DNA of 63,231 nt, filler included, from Reticulomyxa filosa (Eukaryota > Protista > Foraminifera): assembly GCA_000512085.1 (NCBI GenBank). It is 22 parts of 22 records of this genome, joined end to end, with 100 filler letters (N's around TTAATTAATTAA, not from the genome) between each part and the next. Parts side by side here need not be neighbours in the genome. Positions count along the whole stretch, not along the records: positions 53,517 to 56,260 come from ASPP01009700.1; positions 56,361 to 57,789 come from ASPP01006913.1; positions 57,890 to 59,676 come from ASPP01019193.1; positions 59,777 to 61,702 come from ASPP01007198.1; positions 61,803 to 63,231 come from ASPP01022784.1; 17 more parts are not named here. One strand, written 5' to 3'. Positions 53,547-63,231 of this stretch are shown here, one piece after another (within the stretch, counting starts at the first letter, position 1; each line of letters starts with the position of its first letter). The translations under genes were made by a program, and so were the position numbers. Under the pieces are notes generated by a model. That model was not told the origin of the DNA, did no database searches, and was given only the letters and a program-made list of their open reading frames with translations.

Positions 53547-54713
53547 AACTTTTAAGCTCTTAATAGAAAAACCATTTCCTTTTTCCATCTTTTCCACCTC
53601 TGCCTTGGTTTTTTCAATTTCTTTTTTCCTTTCTTCTTCTTCAATCCACAATTTCTCTGTTTCCGTTTCCTCGTTCATCCACTGTCCCATTTTCACTTTC
53701 ATGTGTGTTGCCATCACATTTTTCCCATCGAATCCCCCTATAATATGTACATAGGTATTGTTTTTATCTAATATTGCAACAAAACCACTCAATGAAATAG
53801 GCAATGCTTGTTCAAATTTCATCCATTTGTTCTGTTTAATTGAATACTTATATACATCTTTCAAAGCACGACTCTCAAGATCGTCATCTCCACCAAAAAA
53901 TAAAATGACATCATTGATACACACATATCCATAAGAGAAAAATGACTTAATAGTTGTGCAAACACGTATATTATCAAATTGAAAATTGTTCTTCTTTTCA
54001 TTGTATATAATTGACAATCCTGTATTTTTGAAAAATAATAACATTTTGTTCACGTCTTTGTTTTTTTCCTTTTTTGATAACACAAAGCAATGGTAATGGA
54101 TATCGTTATCAATTGGAAGCGTACTGTGGTTAATATACTGCAATGTATTCAAATCGAATATGTCAATATTCTTTGGAGAATATGTAATGAATAATAAATT
54201 ATTGCTGTTTCCACCAACTATCGCACGCAATCCACAATACACATCATGATATCTACCAATGGAAATTAACCTTTTATTATTTTGATCAATGAAAGGGAGC
54301 CATTCATTACATCCTCTTTTTTTAGTTATGTGACTTTCCCACACACTCACATATTTCATCACCAATGTGTGTTTGAACATTCCTCCAAATGACAACAATG
54401 TGATTTCATTTGTATTATTGTTATTGTTGCTGCTACTCTTTAGCTTCACCACGCAATGGCCAACTAATGTGACATTGTCTGGATAAGAACATATAAGCTT
54501 ATACTGATTCTTGAGTGTATGATAAGAATAACATGCTCTTTTCCTTACACCTCCGCAAATGATTATTTCATTATTGTTATACACAATGCATTGGCTGCGA
54601 GAAAGCGAGGTAGGTAAAGAGGCTAGCGTTTCAAAAGGTGATGTGATATCTATACTCACAATCCCCGCTTTAATTTTTTCAACTGATTTCTCTGTCGTTG
54701 CTCCATTTCCCAT
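53547..54713 (-). CDS. Kelch-like beta-propeller protein with an N-myristoylation-type start, 3' truncated at an intron
   Basis: MGNGATT start; PFETLASLP, IIICGG, LLSFGG, ILFFGG and VHIIGG blades; charged coiled-coil tail; intact frame. Confidence 0.88.
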
Positions 54714-55183
54714 AGTTGTCACAATGAAATAATTTTATGATTACAAAATTTTTTTTTAATGTTAAAGGCTTGAGTTAAAAAGGGGTTACGGAACACAGTT
54801 TGGTTATTATTTGTCACACTTATTTACAGGATTTTTAATGTATTCAATTTCACATCTTTTTTGTCATTATGACCTTGGAATGTTTGGCTTGTTTCCAGAG
54901 ATTGTAATGTATGACTATGATGAAGTGGAGTTGATACAGTGGCCAACGTTTCAAAAGGGGTGCAGCGTGTCCGGATTGAACATTCTTTTGTACTCTTTGG
55001 ACGAAAAATAGATTTGATTTTTATTTTTTGAACTTTAAATTGATTGACTTTTTTTTTTGGTTTGAAAGATTGGACTAAGAAAAATTTTAATTCAAAGTGT
55101 AATCTAAACAAAAGTTGACTTAATTATTTTCTTGATGTTGAAAAAGAACAACTTTTGTGTAATAGTGTTTCTTAATAAGAAAA

Positions 55184-56260
55184 TCACTTATAGAAATTAT
55201 GTTGATATGTATTCCATAATCGAATTGTTGAATCGCAAGAAGCTGACACAATTGTATTTCCATCAGGTGCAAAATCGACTCCTGAAACAGGAAGAGAATG
55301 CCCACTTAGTATTTGCATTTCTTCTCCTAGTTTCGCATGCCATAGCCGAACAGTCTTATCATTTGCACAGGATACAATCGTTTGGCCATCAGGAGAAAAC
55401 TTGACATCTGTTATCACATCGCCATGTCCATTCATTACTTGCAAAGTACTTTGTGACTTTATATCCCAAAGTCGAATTTGTTTGTCATCGGAGCAAGAAA
55501 CAATATAAGTGCCATCTGGAGAAAACTGTGTTCGATTTACATGTCTCGAATGTCCCAGCAATTTTATTTGACATACATTTGATCTTACATCCCATATTTC
55601 AATGACAGTACCAGCAAAGGAGGCAACAAATAATTGGCCATCTCGTGAAAATTGCACATCTTTTACATAACGTGGATATGAAAATTTTTGCATTTCTCTG
55701 CCGGTCAAGATATCCCAAATTCGGATAGTTTGATCATACGAACTTGATATAACGATTTGACCATCAGGTGAAAATTGAGCAGTGGTAACAATATCGGAAT
55801 GGCCCACGAAATCTTTTATTTTCTTCCCTGTGCTGACATCCCATAAGAAAAGAGATTTATCATTTGAACACGATACAATCATATCATCCTTTGGCGAAAA
55901 TTGGGCATCGCCAATTTGACCTGAGTGTCCTCTCAATATTTGAGTGTTTTCTCTTGATTCAACATCCCATATTCGAATTGTTTTGTCATGTGATGACGAA
56001 ATAATTTTGGAGCCATCATGTGAAAATCGTGCATTACATACAGTGTCAATATGTTTCGAAAATACTTGTTGTAGTTTGAAATAGTTCATCTTTTTTATTT
56101 TGTTTTGTCCCAATAATAACCACAAATAAATAAACAAACAAATGAATAAATAACCATAAGATATCGTGAAACGATGAAATTGAAATCATCTATCCATATC
56201 ATTTTGCTACTAAAAGACTGGCTCCAATGTTTGGTTACAGTTGAAATTTCTTTTACTTTC
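55184..56260 (-). CDS. WD40-repeat protein (about 7 regular GH...FSPDG...SxSxDxTIRxWD repeats), 5' truncated
   Basis: Intact repeat exon 56089-55184, preceded by a phase-0 intron and the module exon 56260-56155. Confidence 0.92.
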
Positions 56261-56360
56261 NNNNNNNNNNNNNNNNNNNNNNNNNNNNNNNNNNNNNNNN
56301 NNNNTTAATTAATTAANNNNNNNNNNNNNNNNNNNNNNNNNNNNNNNNNNNNNNNNNNNN

Positions 56361-57350
56361 CATTGACGCATTCTTTGACGAAACTTATTACTACATCGTT
56401 TGTCTTTTGGCTGATTACGATTTATACCGTTACAAAAAAAAAAAAATTGGAGGACAAAGGGGGGGAGGGAGAGGAGAGGGAGGAAACTAAAAAAATTTTA
56501 AAAAAAAAAAAAGGCTTTATAAACGCACGTGGACGTATCCCCGAACGAAAGGTCAAATTCATCGTGTATCGATTAATCGAAGCGGTGCAATATATGCATT
56601 CCCGCAATATCGCACATCGCGATTTGAAACCTGAAAACATTGTGTTTCAAAAAGACGATCCAACGCAGCCGATATGTATCGATTTGGGTGACGCGGAGTA
56701 CATTTGCGAAGACAAGATCTATGAAGAGTTTGTCGGCACGCCTCCATACATGTCGCCGGAACGACTGAATAACCAATGCTTTGGTTGGGAGTTGCGAAAG
56801 TCGGATATGTGGAGCATTGGCGTCATCTGTTATGAAATGATGGTTGGAAAGCGATGTTTCGATGGTCCAACACAAGAAGATATTTTCAGTAACATTATCG
56901 AATGTAAATGGCAGTTCCCGCCATCACCAACTTGTACCATTTCTGACATTGGCCAAGATTTCATTCGAGTTTTTGTCTTTTTTGTTTGTTTGTTTGTTGT
57001 TATTTTGTTTTTGCCAATGCCGCATGTTCATGAATGTGTATTTTACATATACTGTTTGTATATGGACATGTGTATACTCTTTTACTGAGAGGGAAGGAGA
57101 AAGAGGAACAACAACAAAAAAAAAAAAAAAAAAAAAAATAGAAGCTGATTGAGGTCGACACAAATGTACGATTTGGACCGGAGGAAGCACTGGCACATCT
57201 GTGGTTTGAAACAGTGCGTCGTAAAATTGGTGTTCTCACTGCGTCCGCAATGGGGACGGTTGACACGGATACCAATCCTTGTTCTGGAACAGTACCTTCA
57301 CTTGGAGAGCTCACTGGCACTGTGTCGCAACGAAGAGTTAAACCATTGAC
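56361..57350 (+). CDS. CAMK-group Ser/Thr protein kinase, internal fragment
   Basis: YMHSRNIAHRDLKPENI, CIDLGDAE, GTPPYMSPE, DMWSIGVI and ISDIGQDFI, with EEALAHLW in the next exon. Confidence 0.88.
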
Positions 57351-57889
57351 AAATGAGGAAAGAGGGGGAAAGAGGGGAAAGGGGGGAAAGGGGGGGGGTA
57401 ATTGTTAAAAAAAAAAAAAAATGCTGCTTTTTTGATTGATTGACTGACTGTGCTCAGACTCCTTCGCTTCGAGGTAAAGGCAATCGCATCGATGCAATCA
57501 AAATACTGTCCAAGTTGTCGAGCAATGTCGCTTCGAAGTCATTGAAAAATGTTCTGATTAAGTTAACGTACACATTTACTATCCAGAAAACACTTGGCAT
57601 GGACAACAATAATAGCCACAGTGAAAGGGACTAAAATCCTACACATAAGGAACATTCGATTTCGTTTTCCGGGATGGGAAAGAAGGGAGAAGGAGGAAGC
57701 GAAAGGGAGAGTACTCTAGTTCAAATTGGGGAGGTCCATTGGAGAGTAGTAGATTAGATCTTTTTATTGAGTGTACGTGTGTGTGTGTGNNNNNNNNNNN
57801 NNNNNNNNNNNNNNNNNNNNNNNNNNNNNNNNNTTAATTAATTAANNNNNNNNNNNNNNNNNNNNNNNNNNNNNNNNNNNNNNNNNNNN

Positions 57890-58445
57890 ATGAAAAATAA
57901 AGATTTAAAAATATCTACTAATCTTGTAGTTTTTAAATATTTAATTTTTTTTTTTGCTAATTTTCTTTATTGTTGATATTTTAAATTGATATTTCAAAAT
58001 TTTGATATTTAAAATAGTGATTGCTTTTAAGAAAAGAGTCGCTGTTAGTGCAGCTAGTATTCGATCTGTAGCAAAGAAATTTAATATACGTGTAATGGAA
58101 CCATAAAAAAAAGCTGGGTCTGGCAGGTCAGAGAAGATTCATCATGTCACAAAGTTGAAGAAATAATGGATTAGTTTAAAGAAAATAATAGAACTGATAA
58201 ATTTTCCTTCTAATTTATCAGACCTAAATCCAATTGAGAGTATTTAGTAGATAATTAAAGAAAAATTATATTTTTGATCGACCTAGAAAAAACTTAATAT
58301 AAAACCAATTTCATATTCAAAAACTACAAGATTAGTAGATATTTTTAAAAAAGATTATGTTTAAATTTTTATTTTTCATGGAGAAAATCAATTCTCTTCA
58401 TATAGTGCCATTTAGTTATGGCAGTTTTTTTTGCAATTTACTGTA
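57890..58445 (+). mobile_element. Internally deleted Tc1/mariner (ITm) transposon derivative
   Basis: Inverted repeat 57907-57940 vs 58313-58346 (33/34 identical). The right end is ...TTTACTG|TA. Transposase relics: SIRSVAKKFNI (HTH), GSGRSEK (GRPR-like) and FPSNLSDLNPIESI (PxxSPDLNPIE). Confidence 0.85.
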
Positions 58446-59275
58446 TTTCGAAGAACACTAAATTTTTTCAAAGAGTGCAACGATAGGTGTAAGAAAAGTT
58501 TGTTAAAATTGGATAAATGAAAAAGGTTTTAACAAAGTAAGGATAATCATAATTAGTGTAATACTTTTTTGTGATAGCTTCACCAAAGTGTAAACTCGTA
58601 AAAAAAAATAGCAATTGATTTTATTTATATCTAAAGAAAGAGATTGCTTTAATACACAACCAAGATTTTTATATGTCAACTTTATTTTACATTCTACTGT
58701 ATAATCAAATTCGATATTCATCCATACTTGTAATTTGGCTTTTGATGCCAAACAAGTTTACCACTACAATATTCTTGCAGATTGATTGATTCACAGATTT
58801 GTTTCCTTTCATATCATATACACACTCTCCTTGGAATAGGATACCTACGTAAAATGACTAATTATATTAATTAATAATTAAATGTGATCATATTGATTCC
58901 AATTATCCAATTATCATCATTTCCTTTTTTTAATCAATCCAATCATTTCTAACACAAATATTTGAAAATAAATAGTTGTTTGTTAATTTATTTCAAAATA
59001 TGCAAACACATATTTTGTCAATATTTTTAAATAATTAAATAAAATATTTCCAATGATTTCAATTTTAATTCCATTCCTTTACAAAGTGGAAATGAAAATA
59101 TAAAGGTTGATACTTTATGCTATTGATTTTTTAATCAATTGATTTAAAGAAGATGTAAGAAATATTTTGTAATTGAAGAGCTGATTGAGTTCGTTGTGCG
59201 TTTCAAATATTTCAGACATAATGATTCAATGAAAAAAAAAACTCTCAAAAGAATTACTTACATACTTACAAACTT

Positions 59276-59676
59276 TTATACAAGCTTTCTTTGTTGAAAG
59301 ATAATTTCATAATCCGTTGTATCTTGACTTTCCACACAATACCATTCTCCACCTCCTTTCTTCTTAATATTTTCTCGAATTTCTTCCAACATTTGATTTA
59401 AAGAATAACCAATCTTGTATTTTGAAACGATTATATTTTTCATGGTTTCACTGAATAATGACAAATCGCCTACTCGATAACCTTTTGTTGTTGACCATAT
59501 CATTAAAAATCCATTATCATTATGTATATTGTTTTGTTCTTTTCCTTGTTCTCCTTTTGTTTGAGTCCCACTTGCAAGTTGCGGAACATTGCTACCACGG
59601 CAAATATCAATAATAAATACCTTTGGACAATCCTTCAAAGATTCCATTCGATTGCAATCAAATAATGATCTAATTT
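59276..59676 (-). CDS. Caspase-like (C14) cysteine peptidase, C-terminal part
   Basis: LKDCPKVFIIDICRG matches the caspase LxxKPKxFxxQACRG motif. GFLMIWSTTKGY is p10-like. 5' truncated. Confidence 0.8.
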
Positions 59677-60621
59677 NNNNNNNNNNNNNNNNNNNNNNNN
59701 NNNNNNNNNNNNNNNNNNNNTTAATTAATTAANNNNNNNNNNNNNNNNNNNNNNNNNNNNNNNNNNNNNNNNNNNNTTTTTTTTTTTTTTTTTAAGTAGT
59801 TTTGAAGTGCCAAAAAAAAAAAAAAAAAAAGCACTCACTCCAAACTTTTTTGGTTGATCTTGACTGAATAATATAATAGCTGTTTGTCAAATGGGCTGAA
59901 ATGCACACTGACGAAGACATCTGAGCAACGCGGGGAAAAACAAAACAAAAACAAAAAAATCATTTGACACAATTTGGTTTGTTGCTCTTTTTTCATGTGT
60001 TCTTGTTTTAATATTTTGTACATTTAACTTCCTCTTTCAGGATGAGAAAAAGGAAAGTGCAACCTTTTTCGTCTGTCCTTTGGACGACTTGCTCTTGTTG
60101 TTTTCTTTGTCCTCTTTCCCAATTTAACTCCTTTTTTTTAAATGTCGATTGACTGTTTTCTTTTTGTAGTTTGCTTTTTTTTGAAAATCAGTTTGGTCAA
60201 GTATTTTCATGATTTTTCAAATTAGACAACAAGGACCTGGTACATTCCTACTTGTGAAGTGGTTTTTGTTATGGACCATCCAATCTCTTTATTCACTTTC
60301 AAATCGTCAATTCGTTTTGTCATTAAATTTTTTTTTTCTTTTTGTTCTCCTTTTTTTTTTGACCTATTACTGGATGTAATTCCTATTTTTTGTGTTATAT
60401 TGTCTAAACAAAAGAAACGCTCGTCACAATTCCTCATTTTTTATTTGTTTGTAATAAAAAATTCATTCATCAGCTCTACAACAAGAAACACCATTTTTTT
60501 GCACTCTGTGACCAACTTCTTAGTCCCTCAAAAAATTCAAACAACAGACTCTAGAGTTCACGGGAGGGGGAAGAGAAAAATAAAACTTGTCTTTGTAATA
60601 AAGGTGTGAAGAAAACAAAAA

Positions 60622-61672
60622 ATGGAGGTAGAGTTAAATATTGATGGGATGACCTGCTCCTCATGCTCACAAAGCATAGAGAAGCACGTTGGGGGCCTTT
60701 CCGGCGTGGTGGCAGTGCAGGTGTCGTTGCTGACAAAAGTAGCAATGATCCAATTCAACAAAGATCAAATAACGGTTGACAAAATAATGGAAGAAATCCA
60801 AGACATTGGTTTCGATTGTTCGATGAAATCGAGCAAGACGATGGTGTCGCCTGTGGTGCAATCTGGTTCACAGCGATACCAAGGGGACTTGAAAATATTT
60901 GGAATGACCTGCGCGAGTTGTTCCAATGCAATCGAGAAGCATATTTCCTCGTTGGCCGGTGTTCAGTCCATGTAAGAGTAAAGCAAGCGAGAGGGAACGA
61001 ATGTTCAATATATTTGACAAAAGCATGTGTAAGGCATACCTTACAAAAAAAAAAAATTGATATACGTATATAAAAAAAAAAAATGTATGTGTGAACACAA
61101 CTTGGGAACCCCTTCCCCTCGAATTGACAGGATAGTGTCATTGGTAAGCAATAGCGGGACAGTGGTGTATGACAACTCCGCGATAACAATGGACAAGATA
61201 GTCGAGGAGATCAAAGACATAGGTTACGACGTGGAAATTTCCAGCGTGATTGCACGTGGTCACATGACGGAAAAGCAAAAGCAACAGCAGAAGCAAAAGG
61301 AAGAGAGACACAGTTTGGAGATGAACAAATATGGTGTCGAAATATCGTACGTATTCTCACTCGTGGCGTACGATCTCCCAATAGCAACAACAACAACAAC
61401 AAGTAATGATAGCAACGACGACAATGAAGCTGCCACCACTTTATCTAAGAAATTGGAAATGTGGGATCACACCATCAGTCAAATGTTGGTTCCTGTTACC
61501 GGCATCACAAACGTTCGATTCGAGTCAATGATCGGCAATAACCGAAAGATGTTTATCCAACTGAGCAGACAGCACGTTTTGCCTTGTGCCATCGTCGACA
61601 CTCTGTCACGTCTCAAGAGTCTGCAATGGAGTGATTTAACATTGAGACCAATGTTTCCCCAAACACAACCAG
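60622..61672 (+). CDS. Heavy-metal (Cu) P1B-type ATPase, ATP7-like, N-terminal HMA region
   Basis: Two HMA domains with GMTCSSC and GMTCASC, each ending IxDIGF/YD. Intron 60972-61130. The ATPase core is not in the contig, so the full-length identity is inferred. Confidence 0.78.
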
Positions 61673-62228
61673 TTAAAAAGAAAATTTTTTTTTTTTTTTT
61701 TTNNNNNNNNNNNNNNNNNNNNNNNNNNNNNNNNNNNNNNNNNNNNTTAATTAATTAANNNNNNNNNNNNNNNNNNNNNNNNNNNNNNNNNNNNNNNNNN
61801 NNCAAAAAGAAATAATAAACATCTAAAAACAACTTCAACGAAACTTTCATTGATAATCTTAAGTTCATTCTTCAACTTTTTTTGTTTTTTCTTTTGAGAT
61901 GATCTTGAATGATGCAAGGGATAATCAAAAAACTGAACTTAAGATTGTATTTCCACTACATCGTAGCTATAAAATAAAACTAAATGAAATAATAAAGTGA
62001 GATTTTTTGATATGAATATCTCCAAGACTATATACAGATAAAAGAATAAAAAAGAATTTAAAAAGGCTTGACTTGAAGTTTTTCGAATATTGATATTTGA
62101 TAGAATAACTGCTCCTCAGACCGAAACAAAAACATCAATGCAATCATTACTGGTAAACTCCATTTTAACTCGTTCAAAATTCTATTTTTCTTTTAGCTAT
62201 AATTGTATGTAATATGTAATTCAATCAA

Positions 62229-62929
62229 TCCAAAGAAGAGGAAATTCCATTAATTATTCAACATTGAGCTCGAACATTACATATTAAATTTGGATGGATA
62301 AATGATTTTAATATACTTATTATCAAATAACAAAAAATTCAAATGTTTATAATCTCAATTTAACACAAGCCATTCACACTTTTATATTTGATATCTTTCA
62401 TTCGTACTCAAAATATTCATGGACATACTGATACTCTGTGGAGTATTGATTATTTTACATTTGATGATGAAACTTATTCGTATATGGAATATTGAAACAG
62501 CAAAACAATTGAATGTGTTTAAAGGATGTGTAAATAGTGTAAAATATGGATCAAATGAATTAATAAATACAACATTATCTGGATCAAATGATGAAAGTGT
62601 TCGTTTGTGGAATATTCGGTCTCAGGAGCAAATTCAAGTTCCAATGGACATACAGATTATGTATGGGCTCACCATTTGTAATAGATAAATGAAAATTGAT
62701 AATTATTCAAATGTGATATGTTTTGGATCAGAAGATAATACAATTCGATTTTGGGATATTCGGTCAAATAAGAATGAATTGTATGTGATTGAAGGAGATA
62801 AAGAAGATGATGGAATAATGTGTATTAAATTTATATCATTGAAAAAGAAAGAGAGAATGACTGAAATGCAAGGAAAAGCACATATGATTTAAACTTGTGT
62901 GCAAAGGCTCCATTCGTATTTGGGGATAA
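62229..62929 (+). pseudogene. WD40-repeat pseudogene
   Basis: Module with TGA at 62265-62267; degenerate repeats with frameshifts; family-typical end IRIWG*. Confidence 0.85.
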
Positions 62930-63048
62930 TTTACTTTTGTTCAGCAAGAAATGAATGTATTTTCTTTTTAAAAATATTGAAAAAATCTTGTTTAACTTTA
63001 AGTTTTTTATGAAATTTGACACATATTCATTTAATCAATAAAAGACAA

Positions 63049-63231
63049 TTATCCCCAAATATGGATTAGACCATTTCGTGAACCATAACACAGATTAATA
63101 TCATAACAATTATTTTTATTCTTTTTTATTTGTAGAAATTTAAAACATATTATTTCTTTATCTCCATTGATAACATATAATTCTTTTTTATTTGATCGAA
63201 CATCCCAAAATCGAATTGTATTATCACTTGA
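63049..63231 (-). CDS. WD40-repeat family gene, 3' end (missing from the ORF track)
   Basis: SSDNTIRFWDVRSNKKELYVINGDKEIICFKF...NLCYGSRNGLIHIWG*, convergent with the paralog ending at 62929. Confidence 0.8.
   Translation of the reverse strand, partial: SSDNTIRFWDVRSNKKELYVINGDKEIICFKFLQIKKNKNNCYDINLCYGSRNGLIHIWG

Noticed and set aside
54811-55011. Small + strand ORF or box C/D snoRNA (ATGATGA)
   Set aside because: No box D CTGA or terminal stem; better explained as the antisense of a Kelch N-terminal relic.
47556-61702. Functional cluster of DNA-PKcs, FIG4, kinase, caspase-like and Cu-ATPase genes
   Set aside because: Each lies on a separate contig joined by linkers, so the order is arbitrary.

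Overview
This is not one continuous locus. It is 22 short assembly contigs (about 1.1-6.6 kb) joined by 21 identical artificial 100-bp linkers (44 N + TTAATTAATTAA + 44 N), so adjacency across linkers means nothing. Twenty contigs are AT-rich, intron-containing eukaryotic DNA. Their expanded WD40, Kelch-like and caspase-like families and many pseudogenes resemble the foraminiferan Reticulomyxa (inference from recalled family signatures). Recognisable genes, mostly partial: V-ATPase subunit a, RPS27, DNA-PKcs, FIG4, a Cu P1B-ATPase, a dynactin p150-like gene, a membrane-anchored tyrosine-type kinase, a CAMK-type kinase, a DFR-like SDR, a BMT5-like protein, a DEK_C protein and a fucosyltransferase-like gene. 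Two GC-rich contigs (9286-10592, 37152-38250) are bacterial, probably alphaproteobacterial. They carry a radical SAM gene with a LexA box, two GNATs and a BamB-like propeller. Many genes show 1-bp indels in homopolymers, typical of pyrosequencing error. The least explained signals are three. (1) A non-coding array of seven tandem imperfect hairpins at 7298-7747, with conserved asymmetric arms, compensatory changes and variable loops. (2) A ~35-aa single-exon module found N-terminal in WD40 genes and C-terminal in Kelch genes. (3) A Tc1/mariner-derived element with long TIRs, seen on two contigs.
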